Assembly: GCF_006345805.1 (NCBI RefSeq)
Contig: NC_043001.1
Location: 16,492,001-16,556,000, forward strand
Direction of reading: 5' to 3'
Length of the DNA: 64,000 nucleotides
DNA from: Octopus sinensis
Lineage: Eukaryota
Within the stretch, counting starts at the first letter, position 1. The number at the start of each line of letters is the position of its first letter. A program made the translations under genes and the position numbers. The notes beneath the pieces are model-generated. The model was not told the DNA's origin, did not search any database, and saw only the letters and a program-made list of their open reading frames with translations. Positions 10,613 to 25,234 of the stretch are shown one piece after another.

Positions 10613-11439
10613 TATTCAGGATTATATTGACCAACAGTCTTCCTTTATGAAGATTATGTAAGATACAAGGGCGAAGCCGTGTGGCCTAGTGTTTAGAGTC
10701 TTCTACTACAGATCGCAACTTCGTGGACTCGATTCTCAAACCAGGTAGTGCATCAGGTTCTTGAGCAAAACACTTCATTTCATGCTGTTTAAACTCCTCA
10801 GCAGTAAATGAGCAGCCCTACGAGGAACCAGCGTTCTGTTCCGGAGGGGAATGTCATGATCTCGGTTACTTAAAAATCATGGAAATCGGATAAATGGTCC
10901 TGTGAGTTTTTAGACTTGAGACAGTGAGATATGAGAGTGATTTTACTGTAATTTCGATAAAGCTGAGAGACCACACGAATCTTTAAAATGGAAGAGATGT
11001 TTGGTTGACATTCAATAATCCTTTTCTATTCCCATTAATCCTAAACCTGTTTTGTTTTTCTCTCCTAAGTCAACATGATTGCAATTAAACGAAGTCACTT
11101 AAACATCAAAATCAGTTGTAGAATTAAATCAAAAAACCCGGTCTTCGGCACATCGCTACAAATTTGTTGGGTATGAAGAACTGAACTTAGTACAACGTTT
11201 GTACCTCTTTTAGTGATCCGGAAGGATGAAAACCAATGTTATTGTTGTTTAGGCCGAGGTTAGCTTTGGTTGCAAATGGTCATACCTATGAAGAAAAGTT
11301 TCCCATCCATAACTATCCCGTCTTTTTCAGACCTAGTGAATATTATTCAATATTGTCTCTGAAACAAAATAGTTTGTGATTTCCGGAGATGTGGCTGTTA
11401 GTTCTAATAGGCCAAAATAGCCACATTAATATAAGATTC

Positions 11440-11825
11440 ATATTTTGCCACAAGGCCAGAAAGTTCGTGGGTGGGAGTAAGTCGATTACATCGATCCCAG
11501 TGCTCAACTGTTACTTAGATTATCACTCTCGAAAGGATAAAATGCAAAGTCGATCTTGGTGGAATTTGAACTCAGAACATACGGACAGACGAAATGCTTA
11601 TTTCTTTACTACCCACAAGGGGCTAAACACAGAGAGGACAAACATGGACAGACAAACGGATTAAGTCGAATATATCGGACCCAGTGCGTAGCTGGTATTT
11701 ATTTAATCGACCCCGAAAGGATAAAAGGCGAAGTCGACCTCGGCGGAATTTGAACTCAAAAACACAGATAGACGAAATGCCGCCAAGCATCTTGTCCGGC
11801 GTGCTACTGGTTCTGCCAAGCTGCA
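11440..11825 (-). mobile_element. SINE family B, two-unit tandem form
   Basis: The core GGAATTTGAACTCA occurs twice about 180 bp apart. Confidence 0.7.
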
Positions 11826-12306
11826 CAAATATTAAGAGGACGTAACAGTACGCTACACTCAAAAACGACAATTTCGGTTCTGTCATATTTAATGTAGCGA
11901 AGATAAATTAGTAATTAATTAATTAACTAATAATACTTTCGCAGTAAAGATAGGAAAACACAACTCAGTGACTAATATTTAAATCTCATTTGGCAAGTAG
12001 CAGCCAAAACTTTGGACATATTTTGGTCGAATTAGATCGCTCTAGTGAAGCAGAGTTTTAACCGCCCTGAACAAATTAGTGATAAGAGAATTAGTATATT
12101 GATGTACAATAATGTTCTCACCTCTTGCATGAATGACATCTCTAGTTAATTTCTCCTTGTCATCGTGTAAGGCATTTAGTTTAACACCATTGAATTAAGT
12201 ATTAGTTTAAAATTTTAGTACATTGGTTAAGTCGATTACATCGCCCCCAGTACGGATCTTTACCTTTTGATGACAGATTTTAAAAAATAATTTGTTGTAC
12301 CTAAAC

Positions 12307-12470
12307 ACTTTCAAACTTCGGACACTGGTAGAATGTGTCATATAAAACATGACCGAAATACTACAACTTTAACGTGAAATAACTTCCTAAATATAAGCTT
12401 TTCTCAAAAAACACGAAGAGTAAAAGATATTTTATATGACACATTCTACCAGTGTACGAAGTTTGAAAGT
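12307..12470. repeat. 41-bp inverted repeat with 82-bp spacer (probable MITE remnant)
   Basis: ACTTTCAAACTTCGGACACTGGTAGAATGTGTCATATAAAA (12307-47) versus 12430-70, one mismatch. Confidence 0.8.
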
Positions 12471-13479
12471 CTTGTACCTTCATCAGAAGTCTTGTACCTA
12501 TTTTTTTTTGAGGCTCAAATATTTGCCTTTCATCCTTTAGGGGTCGATAAATTAAGTACCAGTTACGCACTGGGGTCGATGAAATCAACTTATGACATCT
12601 CATGAGATTAGGTGTTGGATTAGTTGAGCGTCGAAGAAAATTCATTGTTTTCCTTCGCCTCCTTACATTCTGTTTTCGAAACCCGCCGAAGTCAAGTTCA
12701 TCCTTTATCATTACGTTGGAAATATAATCAAAATCACAAGATTTATCTTAATCGACCACCACCTCAATCTCAAAATGTTAAAGCCTTGTGTCTGTGTCGG
12801 AAACCAATATTCGATATTATATATCTCACACTCCAACAAACTCTAAATTTCGCCTGCCATGGCAGCATCAAGATTTGATATGTTTGCTTATTTCAGATAA
12901 TTATCTTTGTCTTGTGAAAACGGTTTAAACGCATCGTCAATGAACAAGAGAATAAGAACTAGTTTCCGTTAAACTTAAAAGCTTCGTTGCTAAGAATCAC
13001 AACGCCTGCTACGACGTGTTAAATCATTGCATGGCTTAAATATCAAATTAAGTCTCGTCGTTTGATGTTAGCAGTCAGGTTTCGTGTTATTATTGATCGT
13101 TTCATCCTCACATGAACTAAACTAAAACATGGAATGACAATCTGAATATCAAATGACCAGGGAAAAATTCAGTATTCTCGTTTATGTTATTAGCCTTTCG
13201 CCTTTCAGTCGCCTCTTTCATCAGTTCGTAGGCTCGTTTGATATCAGTGAAGAGCCATTAGTCAATAACTTCAGGAAAAGAGAACTGTGATGAGCTGTAA
13301 ACGTACTGTTGAGAATTAGAGAATGGCTGCAAGTGCTGGCATGATTAGCCATGCGTGTTGAATCTAAATGCTGGAAGGAAATATTTAATTTAGGCATATA
13401 TCTATATATGCGCCTACAAACACACATTTATGTACATTCGTACGTATATATGTCTCTCAATATCTATGTACATACACAC

Positions 13480-14010
<531 letters not shown>

Positions 14011-15384
14011 AAAAGTTGAAGTTAACCAAGCGAAAGTTTAGTTTCTGTAAATTAAGATTATTGATTGAAGAATTTGCTGAAGAAACACTTAAGAATCAAA
14101 TGAAATAAAAGCCAATGACCACAGAGCAAGTTATAAGATATTTCACCTCCCACCAACACTCCTTGACCGCTTGTACATATCACTTCCTTCTTTCCTTCTT
14201 TCTTTTTCGTTCTTTCTTTCTACCGCTGTCAACGTGTAATTCGATATTTACTCACATACGATTTTCATAGTTGTTATCAAAATATTGATTTCAAATTTAG
14301 TACAAGGCCAGCTATTTCACGAGAGGGGGATAAGTCGATTACATCGACCATCCACTCCCCAGTGTTTAACTGGTACTTATTTTATCGACCGACCCCGAAA
14401 GGATGAACGTCAATGTTGACCGCAGCGGAATTTGAACTCAGAACGTGAAGACGGACTAAATGCCGCTAAGCATTTTGCCCGGCGCCTTAGTTGTTATAAA
14501 AATATTCTTTTCTACTCTAGGTGCAAGGCCCAAAATTTTGGAGGAGGGGACCAGTTGATTAGATCGACCCCAGAAGTGTTGTAGCCTTGTCGCAATCTAT
14601 ATCACACTGAAACTCCTTGAGAACTGTCTTAAAGGTACGCGTATTTGTGAGGTGCTCGGCCAATTTCACGTTAATTTTTCGAGGAGGCTGTTCCGTTGAT
14701 CGGATCAACTGCAACCTTTGTCATCGTAACCCTAACCATTAGTTGGTTCAATGGTTCTCATTTGAGCCTTTCATTGTAATCTGGATATTACTACTGGAAA
14801 AGGGTATTTGCCTTTCGCAGGAATATCCGGTATTGTTGGTGTTTCTTGGTTGGTTCTAGCTAATTGTCATCCGTTTCGATTAACAGGCGGTGAAGCGGCA
14901 GAGTCGCTTCACCGTTGGACAAATGGCCTCGCAGTATTTGTTAGGGTTCTCTGAGCTCAAATTCGTTCGCAGTAATCGTTTGCCGGATGTTTTATTTTAT
15001 GGAGTCCAAAAGGATCCACCTAACAGAATGAATTGTTTTGGACTCAATGAAGCAAAAGTCGGCGGATTGGCGATATTGTTAGGGCATCGAACGAGGTACC
15101 TTGTAGCATTTGTTTTAGCTCTTTACTCTATAAATAAGTTTTTTGATATTTAAGTTAATCCATCGATTGGTTTAACATCAGCATCACGTGTTTGGTTGCC
15201 TTGGTTACATAGATCGCTCTAATACAAGGATTCGAACTTCTTTGAGGACAACTTTCTCCCTTCCTCTAATCAGACACTGAACTCCTAAAAATGAATAAAT
15301 AAATAAAATGTCATGGCCACCGTCCTTCCCTACCCGTCGCTAAACATACAATACATATTTATTTTATATTCTTTCTATTTATTA

Positions 15385-15790
15385 AGGCAGTGAGCTGGCA
15401 GAAACGCTAGCATGCCGGGCGAAATGTCTAGTGGTATTTCGTCTACCGTTACGTTCTGAGTTCAATTTCCGCCGAGGTCAACTTCGCCTTTCATCCTTTC
15501 GTGGTCGATAAATTAAGTACCAGTTACGCACTGGGGTCGATATAATCGATTTAATCCGTCTGTCTGTCCTTGTTTGTCCTCTCTGTGTTTAGCCCTTTGT
15601 AGGTAGTAAAGAAATAGGTATTTCGTCTGCCGTTACGTTCTGAGTTCAATTTTCGCCGAGGTCAACTTTGCCTTTCATCCTTCCGGGGTCGATATATTAA
15701 GTACTAGTTACGCACATGGGTCGATATAATCGACTTAATCCGTTTGTTTGTCCACTCTCTGTTCAGCCTCTTGTGGGCAGTAAAGAAATT
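15385..15790 (+). mobile_element. SINE family B, tandem form
   Basis: Head followed by a repeated GGTATTTCGTCT..GAGTTCAATT..TTAATCCG unit. Confidence 0.8.
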
Positions 15791-16602
15791 GAATTTATAT
15801 TCTTTATATTCTTTCTGTTTATTACCACACTCGATATAACCATCTCCCACTGTTTTGCAATTTTTCTTTGCAATATTTCCCCAAAATATGGAAATATGAG
15901 AAACCATCATTATTATTTTAATCATTACCATATTTTTAGCAGCTTCATGTGAGGTTCTACTGCATCACTAAGTGCACATCTGTGTCCCCGAGGTGTACGA
16001 GGCATTGTCTTCTGTAGCCAAGTTTGTGCGTTACATCTGTTTTATATCGTTGTGAGGTTTGTTTTATTCCTTCTGGTGTTTCATTAGTGTTTCCTCATTT
16101 TGATGTTGAGACTAATATATGCCACGTGAGTCGTCATTCTGTTGGGCGGTGATTATGTATCGTGTATGCTGTAAGAGCCGTGTACCGGGTTCCAATATAC
16201 GGCGGTGACTATGTTGAGCAGGCATTCTCAAACATAATTTTTGTATTTAGGAATGGTCATTTTGCCAGTTTAGCCAATAAACAATAAACAATAAACAAAT
16301 ATATAAACGTAGCATTCTCAAACGTTGTGTCGTAAATATTTAAAAGTTATAATTCGAGGCTTCAGAAAACCCGTGATAATAATTGCGTTGAAAAATGTGA
16401 TGTCTTTTGCTTGTTCTACTCACAGGACTGCGGCCATGCTGGGACATCCCTTCGAAGGGTTTAGTCGAACAAATCGTCTTCTGTATATATAGGAACCTTT
16501 TCTATCGGTCTCTTTTTCCGAAACGCTAATTTACAGAGATGTAAACAAACTAACACAAGTTGTCAAGGTGTTGGAAGGAAACACACACACGCACACACGC
16601 AC

Positions 16603-16658
<56 letters not shown>

Positions 16659-16724
16659 TTATGTTGTGGCGAAAGTACGACAACCCCTGACGGGAATAGA
16701 CGGGACCACTACATATAAATATTT

Positions 16725-17122
16725 TTTTCTACTCTAGGCACAAGGCACGAAATTTTTGAGGAAGGGACCAGTCAATTAGATCGACTCCAGTTCGTAACTG
16801 GTACTTAATTTATCGACCCCGAAAGGAAGAAAGGCAAAGTCGACCTCGGCGAAATTTGAACTCGAAACGTAAAGACAGACGAAATACCTATTTCTTTACT
16901 ACCCACAAGGGGCTAAACACAGAGGGGACAAATAAGGATAGACAAACGGATTAAGTTGATTACATCGATACCAGTGCGTAACTGGTACTTATTTAATCGA
17001 CCCCGAAAGGATGAAAGGCAAAGTCAACCTCGGCGGAATTTGAACTCAGAACGTAACGGCAGACGAAATACCGCTAAGCATTTCGCCCGGCGTCTAACGT
17101 TTCTGCCAGCTCGCCGCCTTAT
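16725..17122 (-). mobile_element. SINE family B, two-unit tandem form
   Basis: Two core units, then the head CCAGCTCGCCGCCTT at about 17106-17120. Confidence 0.8.
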
Positions 17123-17259
17123 GTAAGAGTATACCTTGTATTATTGTATTGGATGTGAACGTGTTGAATATGTGCAGTGGTTATATTATGTTAAAGTCTA
17201 CAATTGCAAAAAAATTCATGTAATCCATAATTTCTTTCGGAAATAAATATTTACGATGC

Positions 17260-17720
17260 TGAAAAACATCTGGGTTTAATAAGAACATTTTCAGATGATA
17301 TACGGATGGAATTTGGCCGAAAGAAATGTTTATGTCTGATAATTGAGTGCAAGAAATATTATTCCCGAAGTAAATCTTCTTTACGTCAATGCCTGTCTAT
17401 TCTGGTCTGTCAGCAAAATGAGTGCTACAGATATCTAGGAGTTGACCGAAATGCATCGTATGAGAATACAGTGTACAAGGATGGAGTGATCGGACACTAA
17501 CCTACAAAGCATTTCAGCTATCAATACTAAATGCAAAATCGTGGATAATTGACTGATATATAGAGAAGAATCGTTCTATTTTTATATTTATTTGAAAATC
17601 TGCAAGATTCTAACATCAACTGGAAGCTTTCAATGAAATGGTGATATCAAAGGACTCCTTATCGGAAGAAAAGGAGGTTGGGTGGTTAGAGATCAGTTTA
17701 GATATCGTTTGAACAGTATG
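17260..17720 (+). pseudogene. Highly decayed R4/Dong-type RT fragment
   Basis: FSDDIRMEFGRKKC..YRYLGV and KILTSTGSF..NGDIKGLLIGRKGG resemble the MKFGLEKC/YKYLGI/RKIMTGSRMHHPKSD..RIEGGRG blocks of the element at 36591-39075. Confidence 0.55.
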
Positions 17721-17789
17721 GTATCGCTCGGCAAACAATAACAAAACTACGTCATCCATGTGCTCAAAGGTTAATACAATATTATGTGT

Positions 17790-17843
<54 letters not shown>

Positions 17844-19669
17844 GCACTCACACACGTGCGCACACACATTATATATGTATACTTATATATATATATATGT
17901 ATAATGTATGTATATATATATATGTATATGTATAATGTATATTTGTATATGTGTATAATGTATATATATGTATATGTGTATAATGTATATATATATATGT
18001 ATAATGTATATTTGTATATGTGTGTATAATATATATATACATGCACACATACACTTTTCTCTCTCACACACACATACAAGCACACACATACGTACACATA
18101 CACACACAAGCCCAAACAAGTCCACACATTCACACACACAGATACACACACACACATGCACACACTCTATCTCTCTCACACACACATACACACACACACG
18201 CACACACTCCATCTCTCTCTCACACACATACATACAATGTGCATAACACCTTGATCATGAAGATTTAAATTTCCCCTTTTAGTCTGAAGTAGTGTGTGTA
18301 CTTTAAATATGCTACATTCGATATTAAGATTTCATTTTCATTCGTTATCTGTTACCAAATACTGTCGTTAAACTCTCTTTCTTAAGGTCATGCTATTGAC
18401 TTTAGAGAGAATTTGCTGCTGTCTTTAGCAAATCGAGGGTTTGCATGGAAGCTTCATTACCAGTTTTCCAATAATATTCCATTAAATAGAACAATTACCC
18501 TCCTTTTTCAAATCTGTGAAATATGTTCTACTAGATTTAAGACATTAATTTCCAATGGTAACTATTCCAAGAATGAAATATTTAGATGTTAAAATGTGAT
18601 TTTTATTTGGTCGTATCTGTATCAAATCTCGGCCTACAATCGTTAAGTATTTATTTACTCTTCTTAGATGGCTTATTGATCCAGCAGGGAACCAAGTCTT
18701 CGAAATACCATTACAAAACCGAAATTAAAATGTTCTTTTATTTTAAAAGTTAAGATGTCGTCGACAAGACAAAAACGAATTTGATACTGGTTTTTAGTTA
18801 AAGCATTGTAACCCTGTGATACAGTGCTTTCTTTTACTGGAAGATTTAAAACCTAAATCCCAAATATTTCTGTTTTTTGAACACACTTTCCCAAAGCAAC
18901 GGTCTATGAATGTTTCGCTTTAATATCCCCTCGACTCGTAACTTATAAAATGACATGACAGTGAAAGAGCAACAAAAGACGGATGGCGATAGATTGTGTT
19001 AACAGTTATACTTTAGACAAACGAAAAGAAACACAGGAAAATGTAAACAATTGTCAGTTTTGCAATTGTTAGATGTTTGTTATTATTAGAACGAAGAAAG
19101 CAAAACAAATTCAATTTATTTTCAAATCTTAGAATATAAAAAAAAAGCCAACAAAATGCGTCAAGTATACGCATTCGACGCTATTCCAATGCTGGAACAT
19201 AACTTGAGATCTCCTGGGAGGTTGTATTATTTGTTATGTGATACCATTACATTTGCTTCTGTCAACTTATTTCTATAAAACCCAAACATTTAGTCTCGAA
19301 TAAACCCGATATATTACGCGGTCACAAAACTTTATGATATTATATAAGCAATGGTTTCAATGGAAGTTGTTGTTCCACGTGATGTTAGATCGCTAGACTA
19401 AATTTTTCAAGTGCTATAATTCATTCTGGCAAATCCCGCTTTAAAAAGCACTCGAAGAGTTTAACATTTCCTTCAGTCTCTCAGCAAAATTTTGTGCGAA
19501 GGCACAAGTCTTGAGTTGCTAAACATGATGAATGTACTTGAAAATAAATATTTTATTTTTATTTAAATTCTATTTGAAAAATGATATGAAAGCAAGTAGG
19601 ACTACTATCAATGGTGACCCTTTGCTATCCATTACAGAACTGGAAAAATAGTTAACCCATTATGGTATG

Positions 19670-19685
19670 GGAAATAATAATAATG

Positions 19686-19768
<83 letters not shown>

Positions 19769-19990
19769 TTCAGACAAATACATTACAAAAACACCAGGAC
19801 TTACAAACACATATAACATACAGAAAATTGCACTACTGGGCACTGTACACATCCTACGCAAAACACTTTCAATACAGTAACCATCAGAGCACCACAGCAA
19901 ACCACAGCACATACCCAAGGCACACAGAGCTGCTCTCGGTAGTGAAGTGAAAGCACGCTATAGAAATAAAACTACTGAATAATAATAATG

Positions 19991-20047
<57 letters not shown>

Positions 20048-20252
20048 TAGTACAACACCAACCCCCCCCCCAAATATATGGCACACTAGGCATAACAACA
20101 ACGTGAACTTCCAACCTGTTGTCTCTTGAGGTCTCTGGGTGAGACTTGGAGCCAACTTGTACAGACATAAATCAAAAGTCAAACATAGAATAATAATAAT
20201 AATAACAATAATAATAATAATGATAATAATAATACTAATAATGATGATGATG

Positions 20253-20312
<60 letters not shown>
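19670..20312. repeat. (TAA)n field split by two short inserts
   Basis: Three TAA tracts separated by 19764-19980 and about 20048-20188. Confidence 0.9.
19764..19980 (+). mobile_element. 5'-truncated 3' end of the R4/Dong-like LINE, inside (TAA)n
   Basis: Reverse complement of about 36591-36805 (KYSDKYITKTPGL..ILRKTLSIQ-stop plus 3' UTR ending ACTACTGAAT). Confidence 0.85.
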
Positions 20313-20315
<3 letters not shown>

Positions 20316-21084
20316 TCAACGAATGAAAACAAAAGGAAATATTTTCTATAACGGTGCTATTTTGCCAGATTCAGCAACAAGCAATGTTCCCGCTTTTCTG
20401 TGCACTTGTGCTCACGCACACATGGTTTACAATAAGGACACAAAGAAAAACGGTGTGCGTACACAAGGTTTTCATAATCGAATGAATTTTTTTTTTCAAG
20501 TTAATTACTCGTATAGATTCATACTTACATTACGAATAAAGACATAATTTACGCACAAATTTCTGTAACAAAAAGTAAATAAATAATTAGATAGATAAGA
20601 GGTAAGCTCGTTGTCAAATTTTGGCACAAGGCCAGCAATTTCGAAGGAGAGGGCAAGTCGATTACAGAGAGCAAGTCGACCCCAGAGCTTAACTGGTGCT
20701 TACTTTATCGATCTCGAGGCTATGAACGGCGAAGTCGACCTCGGTGGAATTTGAACTCAGAACGTGAAGTCGGAAGAAATGCCGCTAAGCATTTTCCCAA
20801 CACGGTAGTGATTCTACCAGCTTGGTACCTTACAATAGAGGTAATATTTGCTAGACGTAAGGGATTATGTTGCCTTTAGGACTTATAGAGACAGGCGTGG
20901 TTGTGTAGTAAGAAGCTTGTGTGTAATACACGTGTTCTTTGGCTGTCTTAGCGGTGAGACGTCTTTCCTCTTGTGTAATGGAGGAGCGTTGCGTCATGAG
21001 TTGCGGGAATTTGAGTTCTTCTTCAGACTTTGTGTCTTCTGAGGAAGAAATGGTAAAACATTTAAAAAGAATCGACTAGGAAAT

Positions 21085-21389
21085 TTGTTTGTTCCTTCTC
21101 AAGCTATGCCTGGCTCATAAGGGCCGGTTTTCCGGTTTCCTTGGCGTATAGGTTCCCCACCGGGACGGGAGGCCGGTCCGTCGACAGGTGAGCTGCAAGA
21201 TGCAGGAGGAAAGAGTGAGAGAAAGTTGTGGCGAAAGAGTCATCAGAAGTTCGCCATTACTTTCTGCCGGAGCCGCGTGGAGCTTAGGTGTTTCGCTCAT
21301 AAACACACACCTCGCCCGGTCTGAGATTCGAACTCGCGATCCCTCGACCGTGAGTCCGCTGCTCTAACCACGAGGCCATGTGCCTCCAC
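21085..21389 (-). mobile_element. tRNA-derived SINE (A head + tail T2) with about 11-12 bp TSD
   Basis: Flanks (C)GACTAGGAAAT at 21073-84 and (C)GACAAGGAAAT at 21389-400, one mismatch. Confidence 0.8.
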
Positions 21390-21940
21390 GACAAGGAAAT
21401 GGAAACAAAGAATTATGCTGCAGCGGCAAAAGGAAAAATTGAAGACATAAGTCTCGAAGAATTGAGCAGGTTCAAGGAAATATTGAAAAGAGAGGAGAAC
21501 GATGTGAAGGTGTTCCCCACCAAAGAAGTGTTAAAAGATAAAAACGAGGGGACAGTTATTTACAGGACATACGCGGTGGCAAAAAGAAGAATAGAAGTGT
21601 CAGTAGCCCAAGTGGAAAAGGCGTTAGGACCAGTTTGTTATATTGTATAACAAGAAAAAAGAACTTTGTAACGAGATAAAGACATAGGACAGAGCAATAG
21701 AAGTGGACGTAACAAGGATAGGGGTTGCCCGAGGACGTTTGCTGTGCAGTGCTGGACCCGGAATCCCTCTGAGATAAGGGATTGCGAGGAAGAAATTGAC
21801 TTCGATTGGTGGGTTACGAAGATGTTTATCAACAAAATACCTAAAAGGGTGAGTTATGAATATATTTCGAAGGAATTTGATTTCCAAAAAAAGTGGATAC
21901 TGGTTGTCACAAAGGTGTTATCAATGTTAGTTTAAATTAA
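21390..21940 (+). pseudogene. Possible decayed LINE ORF1-like fragment
   Basis: Purine-rich frameshifted reading frames (KNYAAAAKGK..VEKALGPVCYI); family assignment is only a guess. Confidence 0.3.
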
Positions 21941-21990
21941 TGCATTTTTTAAAAATAAAAGAAAAGAAAAAAGGTTGTATTAACAGGTTC

Positions 21991-22027
21991 AATGAAGTCG
22001 CTCGGAGGTGGGGCCGAGCGGCTTCAT
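21991..22027. other. 15-bp GC-rich hairpin
   Basis: AATGAAGTCGCTCGG-AGGTGGG-CCGAGCGGCTTCATT (one GU pair). Confidence 0.7.
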
Positions 22028-24350
22028 TCCATGTTTTCATTATATCCATTTCATTTTGTTTTGGAAAGAATAGAATATAAAGCTTTTACTTTTATATTAA
22101 TAACTATGGAAGATTAGCGGCAATATTATATGTATGGACATTAAGGGTTAGGTTAGATAATTTTGGAGTTAGTTATAAGTTTACTTATAGAATTATTAAT
22201 TTATCGATACTGTTTTGTACATAGGGTAAATGTGGTTTCTTTGTTGTAGTTTAATTAATGATTTTAGTGTTTAATCCTTCATAGAATTAAGATTGAGTGA
22301 ATGTGGTGATATCTTAGGTCCTGGTGTCGCATTTAGAGAACACGCTTACTGTATATTTTTTTACCCTTTCGTCAGGAGGGAAGGGTTGTGTTTGAAACAC
22401 TATTTGTTGTTGGATTATCGGAAAAACTTGGACGAAGGGAGGAAGTTATCCCCAAATCGAGAATCTGCACCCAATGTTACAAAAGGGTGAGCTCCGCCGA
22501 AGGCATCTAAAGAAAAGGTGGCGATGTTAAGCAAGGTGAGAGATGAAGTCCACAATCGAATAACTCATAACTTAGAAAAAGCGGAACAGATACCACAAAG
22601 CATTTTGTCCAATGTTGTAATAGTTTCACCAAACTATTGTCCGAGAAAAGTACGTTATTTTATTTGGTTTTTGTATTTGGCTACCAAGTTTGTTGATGTA
22701 AATTTGTGTAGTGAAAGAGAATGTATTTTATCTTGGTAGCATCATAATGCTAATAATAAACCCTGGCGCTGGTTCTATTTCACTTCTTTATCATTCGCCA
22801 ATCAGTTAATTAGTTAACCAATTAACGAATTAGAATTAGTGCATATTTATTGTGGGCATTATTGTCTCTAACCTGAAAGGGTGAGCAGAAAAGTTGATCT
22901 CCATAGGATTTGAAATTAGAGAGCAGATTGCTAGAACATGTACCGCAGGGTATTTTTTTCTATTCTTTGTTGACTTTCGCCATCTCTATGCCATGTTAGG
23001 TCGTCTACAGAAATCCAAACCACTCATGTTTTGATATATATAATCCCAGAGATTAAAGGTTTCACTTTCTTGTGCTATTTTTTGTTTCTCTAAATCATTT
23101 TTGTTGAATAAGTTTTTCTTTCAAAATCTGACATTCTTTCAAAATCTGACATAATTTATCCATCAAAAAGGATTACTTTAACCAAAAATCTTTGCACCAT
23201 TCTCCAGTTTACGCGACAGATCTTCTTCTTAATTTCACTCAGAATGTGATGTATTTGTCTTTACATCTGGGGTCAAATGAAATGTCGTCTTGTAATCGAC
23301 AATTTACAATAGTTCTTTTTTTTTTGTTCCAAATTCTTGAGATTTGGGACTATTCCTTTCAGTTTTGGATACTTTGTTGGTGTAATTCTTCTGTAAGCCC
23401 AGCAATTTATTAAATGATATCTTGGTGATGCTGTAAGACACTGAATTGATCTTAAATCCCTTTTCCCTTATTTCCTTTTGAGATACAGTCTGCAAATACC
23501 GTTATTTCAATGAGAGATACAAGTCAAATAAAAAAAAAACCTTACGGAAATTTATTTTATCCCAGATAAATCTTGATTGATTATATCCTTGACCAAGGAC
23601 GTTCCAGCCTTGACTATTCCAACTTTCTTCCCACATATTTATCTAGCAACGCATTGTTTTCTTTGAAAGTTAGTAGGGTATGATTTCAAAAAGATTTGGT
23701 GGCTATTTCTAGTAAGCTGAGCGACCACACGGCGGCCATCTCGTGGGATTTTATGTCAATGGACCAAATATCCTTTGTAATTTAATATAAAATTTATATT
23801 CATGGTGCCAGTGCTGTCACTTTGAATGTAAGATATTACCATTTAATGCTTTATAATGTATTGCATGATGAAATATTTCCTTTAAAAGTCGTGTAACATT
23901 TCTGTCTTAGGTCAGTGTACTATTGTATGCTTACATAAATACGAAGGTATTTGTTGCATTCCTTGTTTGAAACGTGGAAGACAGAGAGGTTATTCCAGCT
24001 TATGTTGTTGATGGTGTCAATTTGGAAAGTACATATGTTTGCATGTATTTATGTATGTATGTATGTATGTATGTATGTATGTATGTATGTATGCGTGTAT
24101 GTATGTATGTGTGTATGTATGTATGCATGTATGTATGTATGTATGTGTGTATGTATGTATGCATGTATGTATGTGTGAATGTATGTATGTGTGAATGTAT
24201 GTATGTATGTATTTATTTATGTATGTATGTACGTATGAATGTATGTATATGAATTATGTAAGCACGTACATATGTATAAATATTATGTACGGGCATGTGT
24301 ATAATTTTAACAAATACATACATACGTACGTACATACATTCATACGTATA

Positions 24351-24516
24351 CGTAGGAGTGGCTGTGTGGTAAGTAGATTGCTTGCGAACCACATGGTTCC
24401 GGGTTCAGTCCCACTGCGTGGCACCTTGGGCAAGTGTCTTCTACTATAGCCTCGGGCCGACCAAGGCCTTGCAAGAGGATTTGGTAGACGGAAACTGAAA
24501 GAAGCCCGTCGTATAA

Positions 24517-24548
<32 letters not shown>

Positions 24549-24725
24549 ATGTTTGTGTGCCTGTATTTGTCCCCCCAACATCGCTTGACAACCGATGCTG
24601 GTGTGTTTACGTCCCCGTAACTTAGCGGTTCGGCAAAAGAGACCGATAGAATAAGTACTAGGCTTACAAAGAATAAGGCGGTGCTCCAGCATGGCCACAG
24701 TCAAATGACTGAAAGAAGTAAGAGA
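24351..24725 (+). mobile_element. SINE family C
   Basis: Family consensus head, TA spacer and tail. Confidence 0.85.
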
Positions 24726-24767
24726 GTATATACAGTCATACATACATATGTATATTTATATATATGG

Positions 24768-24798
<31 letters not shown>

Positions 24799-24799
<1 letters not shown>

Positions 24800-25097
24800 C
24801 ACCGTGATCTCCGTGACCGACCAGGTCATCATCGCTGGTCACAATGCGCTTCGCATTGTTTTAGCCTTCAAATGACGCCACCCCGCTGGCTAAGCGAGCA
24901 GGCCAACAGAAGAAAGAGTGAGAGAAAGTTGTGGCGAAAGAGTACAGCAGGGATCGCCACCACCCCCTGCCAGAGCCTTGTGGAGCTTTAGGTGTTTTCG
25001 CTCAATAAACACTCACAACGCCCGGTCTGGGAATCGAAACCGCGATCCTACGACCGCGAATCCGCTGCCCTAACCACTAGGCCATTGCGCCTCCACA
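24799..25097 (-). mobile_element. tRNA-derived SINE (A head + T3 tail) within (TA)n
   Basis: Full A head ending GCGCCTCCAC at 25097; TA repeats on both flanks. Confidence 0.85.
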
Positions 25098-25107
25098 ATA
25101 TATATAT

Positions 25108-25190
<83 letters not shown>

Positions 25191-25192
25191 AT

Positions 25193-25234
<42 letters not shown>

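Noticed and set aside
12460-12500. CTGATGAAGG on the minus strand next to an inverted repeat
   Set aside because: No GAAA segment; it is part of a short direct duplication (GGTACAAGACTT).
13185-13235. CTGATGA..GAAA on the minus strand
   Set aside because: No credible stem I, II or III around the core.
13200-13300. Possible small exon after a pyrimidine tract (FVGSFDISEEPLVNNFRKREL)
   Set aside because: In-frame stop before any good donor and no recognisable homology.
14700-15200. Possible decayed LINE RT N-terminal region on the minus strand
   Set aside because: Too degraded to support any motif by eye.
17616-17867. Minus-strand ORF as a host exon
   Set aside because: The plus strand is better explained as a decayed R4/Dong RT segment.
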